Source of the DNA: Bacillota bacterium
GTDB lineage: Bacteria; Bacillota; Dethiobacteria; DTU022
NCBI GenBank assembly: GCA_019428945.1
Contig: JAHYJM010000005.1
Location: 1,562-65,561 of the forward strand
Length of the DNA stretch: 64,000 nt
Direction: 5' to 3'
The notes under the pieces: model-generated
Told to the model about the DNA's origin: nothing
The model's input: only the letters and a program-made list of their open reading frames with translations
The model's database searches: none
Program-made: the position numbers and the translations under genes
In this document: positions 1-9,698 of the stretch, piece by piece
How the letters are laid out: the number at the start of each line of letters is the position of its first letter
Position numbering within the stretch: the first letter of the stretch is position 1

Positions 1-80
1 CGGTGAAATCCGGTACGGGCAAAGGTTTTTACAGCCGCTTCTAAAATAACCTGGTACTTATCACCAGTTCTTTTGGCCAT
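1..80 (-). CDS. TetR/AcrR family regulator, FadR(YsiA)-like, N-terminal part only (runs off the window)
   Basis: Reverse strand from the ATG at 80 reads MAKRTGDKYQVILEAAVKTFARTGFH, a typical TetR N-terminus; SD GGGGAGGG upstream. Confidence 0.8.
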   Translation of the reverse strand, partial: MAKRTGDKYQVILEAAVKTFARTGFH

Positions 81-99
81 AATATCCCTCCCCTAAAAA

Positions 100-116
100 T
101 GAATGAATACTCATTC
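100..116. promoter_or_regulatory. FadR/YsiA-type operator palindrome
   Basis: TGAATGAATACTCATTC matches the Bacillus FadR box (TGAATGAnTAnTCATTCA); lies between a minus-strand TTGATT-17-TACAAT promoter and the tetR start. Confidence 0.7.
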
Positions 117-384
117 GCTATTTATTGTATATTATTTTGAGATAATAATCAAGATCTGTCGCAATTTTTAATTCTGTTATTTTTCTCCTTAATTCTCTTA
201 TCATTCCCTGTTGTCTAGCTTATTTTTATATGTTAATATATATTTGCTCGTTAACGCCTCTCGAAAAGGCGTTTTTATTATTGACACTGAGGCCGCGCAC
301 AGCGATCTGACTTAAAGGTATTTAAGAGGCATTTCAAGGCGATAAAGAGGCGATAAAGAATAGAAGTGTAAGGAGAGGAACGTA

Positions 385-1863
385 ATGTTGAAAAGCAAGG
401 AAAATATTGAGAATAGTAAGGTTAAGCTGGAGATCGAGGTAGCTGCTCCCGATGTCGACACTGCCCTGGCAAAAGCTTACAGAAAAGTTGTTAAAAAAGT
501 TAATCTGCCCGGATTCCGCAAAGGCAAGATTCCCCGCCGCATACTGGAATCGCGTTTTGGTCCGGAAATTTTACATGAGGAAGCGCTTGAGCTCCTTGTT
601 CCTTCCGCTTATGATAAAGCATTGGAAGAAGCTGATATAGATCCGATCAACCACCCTGATTTTGAACTTGTTCAGATTGAGGGAGGAAAGCCTTTAATCT
701 TTCACGCAGTTGTTGAAGTGCTTCCCCCGGTTGAAGTTGGCGAGTATAAAGGACTCAAGGCAGAGCAGGAAGAAGTCGAACTTGATGAAATGCAGATCGA
801 GCATCACTTATTCATGCTTAGAGAACAGAATGCGCGTCTGGTTCCAAGGGAAGAAGGCCCGGTAAAAGAGGGCGACATAGTAATGATAGACTTCAAAGGT
901 TATGTAGATGGTGAACCTTTTGAAGGTGGCGAAGCTGAAAACTATTCGCTTGAAATTGGTTCAAAATCATTTATTCCCGGTTTTGAAGAACAGTTAATTG
1001 GTGCTCACCCCGAAGAAGATATTGAAGTTAAGCTTAAGTTCCCAGATAATTACCGCAAAGAAGATGTCGCCGGAAAAGATGCAATCTTTAAGGTTAAAGT
1101 CAACCAGATTAAGGAGAAAGAGCTTCCTGAACTTGATGATGAATTTGTCAAAGAAGTAAGCGAGTTTGAAACCATTGAAGATATGAAGGCTGATTTAAGA
1201 GTTAAGATGCTGAAAAATGCAGAAGACCAGTCCTTATCAAAGCTGGAAGAAGAGCTGATCGAAAAAGTTGCATCCTCATCAGCGGTTGAAACTCCGAAAG
1301 TTCTTGTAGACAGACAGATTGACAGAATGCTTGGCGACCTTGAAAGTTACCTTCGGTATCAGGGCATGGGTTTGGACCAGTTCATAGAGATGTCAGGTAA
1401 AACCAGGGAAGAATTGCGCGAAGACAGAAGGGAAGAGGCAGAGCAGCGAGCCAAGGCCAACCTGGTTCTCGATGCCATTGCTAAAAAAGAAGGAATTACT
1501 GTTGAAGATAGCGAAATAGAGGCCAAAATAGCTGAAATTGCTGAAAGTTATAATGATGACCCTGAAAGGATCAGGGATATTCTTGAGAAGCAGGGCCGGA
1601 TTCCGGTCATGATGGAAGAGATTCGCATCCGCAAAGTGATTGACCTTCTTGTCGGGAACGCAGAAATTAAGAAAGTTAAGCCGAATAAACCTGAAAAGGA
1701 CAGTAAGCCAAAGAAAGCAAAGTCTGCCAAAGCGCCGGATTCGAAGGCGGAGCCGAAGGAAGCAAAAAAAGCAAAAACAACCGCTAAACCAAAAAAAACA
1801 GCGGCAGCAAAGACAGAAGATAAAGAAAAGAAACAGGAAAAAAAGGGAAATAAAGATAGTTAA
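385..1863 (+). CDS. tig: Trigger factor
   Basis: GFRKGK ribosome-binding motif, FKBP domain (FIPGFEEQL), tig-clpP-clpX synteny. Confidence 0.97.
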   Translation: MLKSKENIENSKVKLEIEVAAPDVDTALAKAYRKVVKKVNLPGFRKGKIPRRILESRFGPEILHEEALELLVPSAYDKALEEADIDPINHPDFELVQIEGGKPLIFHAVVEVLPPVEVGEYKGLKAEQEEVELDEMQIEHHLFMLREQNARLVPREEGPVKEGDIVMIDFKGYVDGEPFEGGEAENYSLEIGSKSFIPGFEEQLIGAHPEEDIEVKLKFPDNYRKEDVAGKDAIFKVKVNQIKEKELPELDDEFVKEVSEFETIEDMKADLRVKMLKNAEDQSLSKLEEELIEKVASSSAVETPKVLVDRQIDRMLGDLESYLRYQGMGLDQFIEMSGKTREELREDRREEAEQRAKANLVLDAIAKKEGITVEDSEIEAKIAEIAESYNDDPERIRDILEKQGRIPVMMEEIRIRKVIDLLVGNAEIKKVKPNKPEKDSKPKKAKSAKAPDSKAEPKEAKKAKTTAKPKKTAAAKTEDKEKKQEKKGNKDS

Positions 1864-1928
1864 AATGTGATATAATATTATAAGTAAGAATGATTACTAA
1901 TAATTGATTTATGTGGGGAGGTTTCAAT

Positions 1929-2516
1929 ATGAGTTTACTGGTTCCAATGGTTGTTGAACAGACTAGCCGTGGTGAAAGGGCTTATGATATATATTCCCGC
2001 TTGCTAAAGGATAGAATTATCTTTCTAGGCAGTGCGATAGATGATAATGTGGCCAATCTGGTGGTGGCCCAGATGCTTTTTCTCGAATCTGAGGATCCGA
2101 AAAAAGATATAAATATATATATAAACTCTCCCGGCGGCTCGGTCTATGCCGGTATGGCTATCCTGGATACAATGCGCTATGTTAAGCCGTCGATTTCGAC
2201 TATATGTGTCGGTCTTGCTGCAAGTTTTGGCGCGGTTTTGCTTTCTGCCGGTGAAAAAGGTAAGCGTTTTGCCCTGCCCAATTCACGCATAATGCTGCAC
2301 CAGCCCATGGGCGGCGCCCAGGGTCAGGCAGTGGATATAGAAATACACGCACGCGAGATTCTAAAAACCCGTGAGTCACTGAACCAGATATTAGCAGATA
2401 ATACCGGCCAGCCGGTGGAAACTATCGCGCACGATACAGACCGCGACTTTTTCATGTCGGCAGATGATGCTAAAAACTATGGATTAATTGATGAGATCCT
2501 GGTTAACAGACCCTAA
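1929..2516 (+). CDS. clpP: ATP-dependent Clp protease proteolytic subunit
   Basis: [30 protein letters not shown] motifs; start set at the ATG after SD GGGGAGG. Confidence 0.98.
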   Translation: MSLLVPMVVEQTSRGERAYDIYSRLLKDRIIFLGSAIDDNVANLVVAQMLFLESEDPKKDINIYINSPGGSVYAGMAILDTMRYVKPSISTICVGLAASFGAVLLSAGEKGKRFALPNSRIMLHQPMGGAQGQAVDIEIHAREILKTRESLNQILADNTGQPVETIAHDTDRDFFMSADDAKNYGLIDEILVNRP

Positions 2517-2542
2517 TAGCGGAGTTGAGGTGAGTTCTCCAA

Positions 2543-3802
2543 ATGTTTAAATTTAATGAAGAAAAAGGACAGCTTAAATGTTCATTTTGCGGAAAGAGCC
2601 AGGAACAGGTGCGCAAGCTTGTGGCCGGCCCGGGTGTTTATATCTGCGATGAGTGCATTGAACTGTGCAATGAGATTATCGAAGAGGAAATAGGCGATGA
2701 GACCGAACTAGGTAAGGTTGAGCTGCCTAAGCCCCAGGATATCAAAGATGTGCTCGATCAGTATGTAATCGGCCAGGATGACGCCAAAAAGAGTCTTTCT
2801 GTGGCTGTTTACAATCATTACAAGCGTGTAAACGCCGGTCTGAAGGTGGAAGATGTTGAACTGCAGAAAAGCAACATCGTTCTGATTGGACCGACCGGGG
2901 TCGGGAAAACCCTGCTGGCGCAGACTCTTGCCCGTATCCTTAATGTACCTTTTGCTATAGCCGACGCTACCTCGCTGACCGAGGCGGGCTATGTTGGTGA
3001 AGATGTTGAAAATATCCTGCTTAAACTGATCCAGGCAGCTGACTATGACCTTGAAAAGGCTGAGAAAGGCATTGTCTATATTGACGAGATCGACAAGATT
3101 GCCCGTAAAACCGACAACCCCTCCATCACCCGTGATGTTTCCGGTGAGGGAGTTCAGCAGGCGCTGCTTAAAATTCTGGAAGGAACAGTAGCGAGCGTTC
3201 CACCCCAGGGTGGACGAAAACATCCGCACCAGGAATTTATGCAGATCGATACAACAGATATACTCTTTATTTGCGGTGGTGCTTTTGATGGCCTGGAAAA
3301 AATTGTGCAGAACCGTATTGGCAAAAAAGGTATCGGTTTCGGTGCAGAAGTAGTTTCCCGCGATGACGGTAACCTGGGAGCTATATTGAAGCAGATCCTG
3401 CCCCAGGACCTGCTGAAGTATGGCCTTATCCCTGAATTTGTTGGACGTATACCGGTTATTGCCACCTTGGATCCACTTGACAGTGAAGCGTTCGTGCGCA
3501 TTCTCAAAGAACCGCGCAACGCTTTGATTAAACAGTATCAGAAAATCTTTGAAATCGATGGCGTTGCCCTTGAATTCAAAGATAACTGTTTGCAGGCAAT
3601 TGCCGAGGAAGCGATGAAAAGAAATACGGGGGCCAGGGGCTTGAGGGCTATCCTGGAAGAAACTCTGCTCGATGTTATGTTTGACCTGCCTTCAAGAGAT
3701 GATATCGAAAGGTGTGTTATTACCCGGGAAGTTGTTATAAATAAAGAAGCGCCAATGCTTGCAACCAGGGATAAACGTAAAAAGAAAGAAGAGTCTGCTT
3801 AA
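2543..3802 (+). CDS. clpX: ATP-dependent Clp protease ATP-binding subunit
   Basis: CSFC...CDEC zinc finger, Walker [18 protein letters not shown] loop. Confidence 0.98.
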   Translation: MFKFNEEKGQLKCSFCGKSQEQVRKLVAGPGVYICDECIELCNEIIEEEIGDETELGKVELPKPQDIKDVLDQYVIGQDDAKKSLSVAVYNHYKRVNAGLKVEDVELQKSNIVLIGPTGVGKTLLAQTLARILNVPFAIADATSLTEAGYVGEDVENILLKLIQAADYDLEKAEKGIVYIDEIDKIARKTDNPSITRDVSGEGVQQALLKILEGTVASVPPQGGRKHPHQEFMQIDTTDILFICGGAFDGLEKIVQNRIGKKGIGFGAEVVSRDDGNLGAILKQILPQDLLKYGLIPEFVGRIPVIATLDPLDSEAFVRILKEPRNALIKQYQKIFEIDGVALEFKDNCLQAIAEEAMKRNTGARGLRAILEETLLDVMFDLPSRDDIERCVITREVVINKEAPMLATRDKRKKKEESA

Positions 3803-3927
3803 AGAACATGTAGGACTGTAACAGGTTTTAAGGATAAGCAAAACAAGGGAATAGAAAAGCGGGGAGCGAATATTTCTTGTAAAAGGGGCTTCTCGCTTTA
3901 TTTTTAAAAGAAAGGTGGTTTACAGTC

Positions 3928-6342
3928 ATGACCGTTAAGAAAGAACGATTACCGGTTCTTCCTCTGAGAGGGGTGCTGGTTTTTCCAAATATGGTATTAC
4001 ATCTTGATGTGGGACGCGAGCGTTCAATTTCCGCTCTTGAACGGGCAATGATGAAAGATAACCGGATTCTGCTTATAACACAGAAGGATGCCAAGGTTGA
4101 TGAGCCTGCCAGGGAGGATATTCACGATGTCGGTTCGGTTGCCCGTGTCAAACAGATGATCAAATTGCCCGGCGGAACTATCCGGGTTCTGGTTGAAGGG
4201 TTGAACCGGGCCAGAATCAGCGAGTTAATTACCGAAGAACTTTTTCTCGAAGCAGAAGTTGAAGTAATCGAAGACGACGCGAAAAAAACTCCGGAAATTG
4301 AAGCCCTGATGCGCAATGTTCTATACCAGTTTGAACAATATATTAAAATCAGCCGCAAGGTTCCGCCTGAAACTCTGACTACTGTTTCAGATATCGAGGA
4401 GCCGGGTCGTTTTACCGATATTATTGCTTCACACCTGAGCATGAAAATTCAACAGAAGCAGGAGCTTCTGGAAGCAATCGATCCCCGAAAGCGGCTTGAA
4501 GTTCTAAACGATATACTCAGCCGGGAAATGGAGATCCTTGAAATCGAGCGGAAAATCAATCTGCGTGTCAGGAAGCAGATGGAAAAGACACAGAAAGAAT
4601 ATTATCTGCGAGAGCAGATGAAGGCTATCCAAAAGGAGCTTGGCGAAAAAGATGAAAGAATGGCTGAAGCTGAAGAATACAGGGAAAAAATAGCTGAAGC
4701 AAAGCTTCCTGAGGAAGTTGAAGAGAAGGCGATCAAGGAAGTCGAACGACTTGAAAAAATGCCTCCGGCCGCTGCGGAAGGTACTGTGATAAGGACATAT
4801 CTTGACTGGCTTCTTGATCTGCCCTGGTCGGTGGATACAGAAGACAGGCTTGATCTTGATATGGCTGAACAGATCCTAGATGAAGATCATTATGGCCTGG
4901 AAAAAGTTAAAGAACGGATCATTGAATACCTTGCTGTAAGGCAGCTGGCCGAAAAGCTGAAAGGGCCGATTCTCTGCCTGATTGGGCCGCCCGGTGTGGG
5001 TAAGACTTCACTGGCCAAATCAGTGGCCAGGGCGCTTGAGCGTAACTTTGTCCGTATCTCTCTCGGAGGTGTACGTGACGAAGCTGAAATCCGTGGTCAC
5101 CGCCGAACTTATATTGGCGCTCTGCCCGGCCGGATTATTCAGGGCATGCGCCAGGCAAAATCTAAGAATCCTGTTTTTCTTATGGATGAAATAGATAAGA
5201 TGTCGACCGATTTCAGGGGGGACCCTTCATCTGCGCTTCTCGAGGTTTTAGACCCCGAACAGAACAGCGCTTTCAGTGACCACTATATTGAAGTTCCCTT
5301 TGATCTTTCACAGGTAATGTTTATAACCACTGGGAATACAACCTACAATATACCCCAGCCGCTGCTTGACAGGATGGAGTTAATTCATATTCCCGGTTAC
5401 ACCGAGGAAGATAAGGTTCAAATTGCCAGGCAGTATCTTATTCCGAAACAGCTAAAAGAGCACGGTTTAACTGAGAAAAACCTTGAAATATCCGAAGGCA
5501 CTGTAAGACGAATTATCCGTGAGTATACACGGGAAGCAGGTGTGCGTAACCTCGAACGCAATATTTCCGCTATTTGTCGTAAGGTGGCCCGTGAGGTCGT
5601 AAAAGATCGCGAAAAGCATATCAGGCTGACTAAAAGCAACCTGCAAAAATATCTCGGCGTTCCCCGTTACCGTTTTGGGGCAGCTGAAAAAGAAAACGAA
5701 GTGGGCGTTGCCACAGGTTTGGCCTGGACAGAAAGCGGCGGAGACATCCTCTCGATTGAAGTGAGCCTGATGAAAGGTAAGGGGAAAATGATTCTTACCG
5801 GGCAGCTTGGTGATGTAATGCAGGAATCAGCCAAGGCCGCAATGAGTTATATCCGTTCAAGGGCCGAATCGCTGGGGCTTGGAGAAAGCTTCTACGAAGA
5901 TATCGATATTCATATTCATGTTCCCGAAGGGGCGATACCAAAAGATGGGCCTTCTGCCGGTATTGCCATGGCTACTGCTCTTGCTTCTGCATTGACCAAA
6001 GTACCAATCAGGAAAGATGTAACCATGACCGGTGAAATTACCCTGCGTGGGCGCGTATTGCCCATAGGCGGGGTTAAGGAAAAAATGCTGGCAGCGCACC
6101 GTGCCGGAATAAAGAACATATTGCTTCCGGCTGAAAACCGTCGTGACTTAAGCGATATCCCGGCAAATGTGCGTCGAAAAGTTGAGGTAACACTGGTAGA
6201 ACATATGGATGAAGTTCTCGATATGGCCCTGGTAGAACCGGTTTGTCGGACGAAAAACGGCAGCAAGCGTAAAAAACTCAGGGAAGACAATCTTAACCTG
6301 CCGGCTGACAAAGAAAACCGTGATTCAGCCTTTCAACACTAA
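3928..6342 (+). CDS. lon: Lon protease (endopeptidase La)
   Basis: LPVLPLR N-domain, [16 protein letters not shown] catalytic Ser, GGVKEK catalytic Lys. Confidence 0.98.
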   Translation: MTVKKERLPVLPLRGVLVFPNMVLHLDVGRERSISALERAMMKDNRILLITQKDAKVDEPAREDIHDVGSVARVKQMIKLPGGTIRVLVEGLNRARISELITEELFLEAEVEVIEDDAKKTPEIEALMRNVLYQFEQYIKISRKVPPETLTTVSDIEEPGRFTDIIASHLSMKIQQKQELLEAIDPRKRLEVLNDILSREMEILEIERKINLRVRKQMEKTQKEYYLREQMKAIQKELGEKDERMAEAEEYREKIAEAKLPEEVEEKAIKEVERLEKMPPAAAEGTVIRTYLDWLLDLPWSVDTEDRLDLDMAEQILDEDHYGLEKVKERIIEYLAVRQLAEKLKGPILCLIGPPGVGKTSLAKSVARALERNFVRISLGGVRDEAEIRGHRRTYIGALPGRIIQGMRQAKSKNPVFLMDEIDKMSTDFRGDPSSALLEVLDPEQNSAFSDHYIEVPFDLSQVMFITTGNTTYNIPQPLLDRMELIHIPGYTEEDKVQIARQYLIPKQLKEHGLTEKNLEISEGTVRRIIREYTREAGVRNLERNISAICRKVAREVVKDREKHIRLTKSNLQKYLGVPRYRFGAAEKENEVGVATGLAWTESGGDILSIEVSLMKGKGKMILTGQLGDVMQESAKAAMSYIRSRAESLGLGESFYEDIDIHIHVPEGAIPKDGPSAGIAMATALASALTKVPIRKDVTMTGEITLRGRVLPIGGVKEKMLAAHRAGIKNILLPAENRRDLSDIPANVRRKVEVTLVEHMDEVLDMALVEPVCRTKNGSKRKKLREDNLNLPADKENRDSAFQH

Positions 6343-6400
6343 TAAAAGCAGCTTGCAGAATTACGGATACATAAATCAGGATCAATAAAAACTCGCAATC

Positions 6401-6435
6401 AGGGGGCAAGCATTAACAGCCTCTGCCCCCTTTTT
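6401..6435 (+). terminator. Putative intrinsic terminator after lon
   Basis: AGGGGGCA...TGCCCCCT followed by a T-run. Confidence 0.55.
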
Positions 6436-6460
6436 ATTTTAATCTAACGGAGTTAATAAA

Positions 6461-7042
6461 TTGAAAATTAACAAAGCTGAACTTAAAACCTCTGCCTACA
6501 GCGAAAACGATTTTCCTCCTTGGGATATGCCCGAGGTTTCCTTTATCGGGCGCTCAAATGTTGGCAAATCATCACTCTTGAACACCCTGATTGGCCGTAA
6601 AAATTTGGCCAGGATCAGCTCAACTCCCGGTAAAACCAGGGGACTCTACTTCTATGCCTTGAATGATAAACTATGCTTTGTTGATCTCCCCGGTTACGGT
6701 TATGCTAAAGTATCGAAAAAAGAACGTGAACGCTGGGCGCCAATTATTGAAGATTATCTTGCAACCAGAAGCAATCTACGCGGGTGTTTACACCTCATTG
6801 ATTGCCGTCACCAACCGACAGAAGATGACCGTTTAATGTCGGAATGGCTCCGGGCTCATACAATACCAACTATAACTGTGGCAACAAAATCAGACAAGAT
6901 GTCCCGGAGCGTTATGCTCAGGCAGCTGAAGGTTATCCGCACAGGTCTGGGACTATTTGATGAAGATCTGCTGCTGCCCTTTTCTTCCCGTACAGGAGCA
7001 GGTCGCGATGATTTGTGGAAAGCAATAATGAATGTAATTTAG
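6461..7042 (+). CDS. engB: Ribosome biogenesis GTPase YihA/YsxC
   Basis: GRSNVGKSS, PGKT, DLPGYG, TKSD motifs; follows lon. Confidence 0.96.
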   Translation: MKINKAELKTSAYSENDFPPWDMPEVSFIGRSNVGKSSLLNTLIGRKNLARISSTPGKTRGLYFYALNDKLCFVDLPGYGYAKVSKKERERWAPIIEDYLATRSNLRGCLHLIDCRHQPTEDDRLMSEWLRAHTIPTITVATKSDKMSRSVMLRQLKVIRTGLGLFDEDLLLPFSSRTGAGRDDLWKAIMNVI

Positions 7043-7049
7043 TTAAAGG

Positions 7050-7835
7050 GTGATAAATTTGCCGTTTGCGGGAATTGATGTCGGTTCGCTCACAGCAGAA
7101 GTGGTGATTGTAGAACAGGGCAAAATTGTTAACTATACAATATGTCCCACAGGTTCCAACAGCAGAAAAGCGGCTGAAACTGCAATGAAAGAAGCGCTGC
7201 TGGGGGCAGATCTGAGCCTTTCGGATCTGCAGTACATCATTGCTACCGGTTACGGGCGTATAAATATTGATTTTGCCGATAAACGGGTTACTGAAATTAC
7301 CTGCCATGGGCGGGGCGCGCACTTTTGGAATCCCGATGTACGCACTATTATTGATATAGGCGGTCAGGACAGCAAAGTGATCAGGTTAAATACTGACGGC
7401 AGGGTTGTAGATTTTGCCATGAATGATAAGTGTGCCGCCGGCACAGGCCGTTTTTTGGAAGTGATGGCACAGGCTCTTGAAGTAGAACTGACCGGTCTGG
7501 CGGAACTGAGCGGAAAAGCGGAAAATACAGTTTCGATCAGCAGCATGTGTACTGTATTCGCTGAATCAGAAGTTGTATCCCTTATTGCCCGGGGGTTACC
7601 TCGGGAAGATATCGCCCGAGGGTTGCATCAGTCTATAGCAGATCGCACAGCCGGCCTTGTTAAAAGAGTTGGTCTTGAAGAACTTGTGATGATGACCGGT
7701 GGTGTGGCACGGAACAGTGCTGTTGTAAGCGCTCTTAATGACAAGCTGAAAACCGTAATCATCATTCCTCCCGAACCACAAATAGCAGGAGCGCTTGGCG
7801 CAGCTCTTCTGGCCGAAGAAGAAATAAAAACCTGA
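7050..7835 (+). CDS. CoA-substrate-specific enzyme activase (HgdC/BcrAD-like ASKHA ATPase with [4Fe-4S])
   Basis: GIDVGS, ATGYGR, DIGGQD, NDKCAAGTGRFLE and SSMCTVFAESE motifs. Confidence 0.92.
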   Translation: MINLPFAGIDVGSLTAEVVIVEQGKIVNYTICPTGSNSRKAAETAMKEALLGADLSLSDLQYIIATGYGRINIDFADKRVTEITCHGRGAHFWNPDVRTIIDIGGQDSKVIRLNTDGRVVDFAMNDKCAAGTGRFLEVMAQALEVELTGLAELSGKAENTVSISSMCTVFAESEVVSLIARGLPREDIARGLHQSIADRTAGLVKRVGLEELVMMTGGVARNSAVVSALNDKLKTVIIIPPEPQIAGALGAALLAEEEIKT

Positions 7836-7859
7836 AATCACAATAATATATTATAATTA

Positions 7860-8411
7860 TTAATTTAATATATGCCCCAGGCCGTTATGCTGCAGGCTTT
7901 TTTTGATCTGAGTGCTTAATGCGGCTGCCAGCAGAACTTTTAGCAGGTCAAAAGGAATAAAAGGCAGCACACCTACAAGTAAAACCTGCTTGATGCTGTA
8001 TTGCATTAAGAGGGCAAGCTGCAGGGAGCCAAAGAGATATATGAAAAATATTGCCGGCAGCAAAGAAACAGCATTAAGAACATAAGAGTTCTTATAATAT
8101 TTTTTCATTAACAGACCGGTTATCAGGACTGCAGGTATAAATCCCCAGAGATAACCGCCGGTTGGGCCTGTAAGCATGTATATGCCACCTCTGGCCATCG
8201 AAAAAACAGGCGCTCCGGCTGCGCCAAGCAACAGGTAGGCAATTATTGTTAAAATACCTGCCCTGGGGCCCAGTAGGGCTCCGGCAATTAGCACGCCTAC
8301 CACCTGACCGGTGAAGGGTACCGGGCTGAAGGGCAGGGGTATTGCCACCTGTGCCAGAACAGCAATCAAGGCGGTAAATAAAGCAGAAGCGGTTAATTTT
8401 GCTATAGGCAT
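7860..8411 (-). CDS. bioY: Biotin ECF S-component BioY
   Basis: PFSPVPFTGQ, GAPVF, GPTGGYLWGF motifs; coupled to birA. Confidence 0.93.
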   Translation of the reverse strand: MPIAKLTASALFTALIAVLAQVAIPLPFSPVPFTGQVVGVLIAGALLGPRAGILTIIAYLLLGAAGAPVFSMARGGIYMLTGPTGGYLWGFIPAVLITGLLMKKYYKNSYVLNAVSLLPAIFFIYLFGSLQLALLMQYSIKQVLLVGVLPFIPFDLLKVLLAAALSTQIKKSLQHNGLGHILN

Positions 8412-9367
8412 CAGGTTATCTCCCCGAAATTTAGATAATGTGTTTTTCCGGTATTGTCCTCTATAATCAAAGCTCCCTTTTCACTTAGGTTAACTGCTCT
8501 TCCGGTAAGCGATCCTCCAGGTCGGCTTATTGTAACCTGCTGACCAAGTGTTGAACTAAAATATTTCCACTTTTTATAAAAAGGGGAGAAACCATTGCTG
8601 AAAAAGAGTTTATAGTCATTTACCAGCGCTTTATAAATCTCCACCAGCATGTAAGTGCGATTATGGCGCTTACCGCTCTCGATAAACAGTGAGGTTGCCC
8701 TTTCTTTCAGCTCTGTGGGGAAAGTATCAGTGTTCTGACTGATATTAAGCCCGATTCCGACGATGATATATTCAATGCGATCAGGTTCGCCCTTTAACTC
8801 CGTTAGAACGCCTCCAAACTTCTTCGAGTTTATTAAGAGATCATTCGGCCACTTAACCTGCACCTGCAGGTTATGTATTTCACGGAAATAAGCGGCAATA
8901 GAAACGGCCGTAACAAGGGTTACCGGGGTGACCTCTTCAGGGGTTATATGTTCGGGGCGGAGAATAATTGAAAACCAGATCCCGCTTTTAGGCGGGGAGA
9001 ACCAATGACGTCCGAGACGCCCACGACCTTGCAGCTGCTCTTCAGCTGCAATGACACTATATCCTGGCGCACCGGATTCAGCCAGGATACGTGCTTCACG
9101 GTTTGTTGAATCAACTGAGTGTTTGCAAATTATTCTGTTTTCTATCAGCAGCCTGCTGTCCAAAAAATCTGGTTCAGTATCAAGTCTGTAACCGCGGTTG
9201 GTGACAGAACTGATTTCGTAACCTTCTTCTCGTAACCGTTCGATCTGCTTCCAGATTGCTGCCCGGCTGGTATCTGTGTTTTTACTTAGATCTGTTCCAG
9301 AAATAAACTGCCCTTTACAATCTTTCAGTTGTTTTAATATTTTTTCCCTGCTGTTGTTTTTATTCAC
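8411..9367 (-). CDS. birA: Bifunctional biotin ligase/repressor
   Basis: N-terminal HTH (SRAAIWKQI), DSTN, GRGRLGR, KWPND motifs. Confidence 0.95.
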   Translation of the reverse strand: MNKNNSREKILKQLKDCKGQFISGTDLSKNTDTSRAAIWKQIERLREEGYEISSVTNRGYRLDTEPDFLDSRLLIENRIICKHSVDSTNREARILAESGAPGYSVIAAEEQLQGRGRLGRHWFSPPKSGIWFSIILRPEHITPEEVTPVTLVTAVSIAAYFREIHNLQVQVKWPNDLLINSKKFGGVLTELKGEPDRIEYIIVGIGLNISQNTDTFPTELKERATSLFIESGKRHNRTYMLVEIYKALVNDYKLFFSNGFSPFYKKWKYFSSTLGQQVTISRPGGSLTGRAVNLSEKGALIIEDNTGKTHYLNFGEIT

Positions 9368-9417
9368 TACTACCCCCGGATGATAACTTTTGATAGAATA
9401 TAAGCGAGAAATCAGTG

Positions 9418-9452
9418 ATTGTCAACCCCGAACATTAATTATGGTTGACAAT
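9418..9452. promoter_or_regulatory. BirA operator
   Basis: Perfect 10-bp inverted repeat ATTGTCAACC-N15-GGTTGACAAT directly upstream of birA-bioY. Confidence 0.85.
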
Positions 9453-9542
9453 TAAAGATGGCATCCGGCAAATCAAGTAAAAACTTTTATACTTCATTAA
9501 ACTAGTATTGATTGCCGGCAGATTTGATCCTCACGGAGCCTA

Positions 9543-9607
9543 CAAAAAAAAGACGCGGTTTGCATAACCGCGTCCAGCAAATATATATAAAAAGAGGGGG
9601 TCAACTC
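9543..9607 (-). ncRNA. Candidate ~65-nt small RNA with a CCCCCUC seed and an intrinsic terminator
   Basis: Minus-strand TATAAT (9614-9619), then CCCCCTCTTTT, then hairpin GACGCGGTT-N5-AACCGCGTC and a T-run; no ORF. Confidence 0.45.
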
Positions 9608-9698
9608 ACATTTATTATAAAGGCTTAACATTACAGGAATATTACAATCAGGTTTTTTTTTCATTACATTAATAAAATTTTAATGAGGGAGTAATAAA

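Noticed and set aside
1888..1905. Second FadR box upstream of clpP (GAATGATTACT)
   Set aside because: The right half of the palindrome is missing
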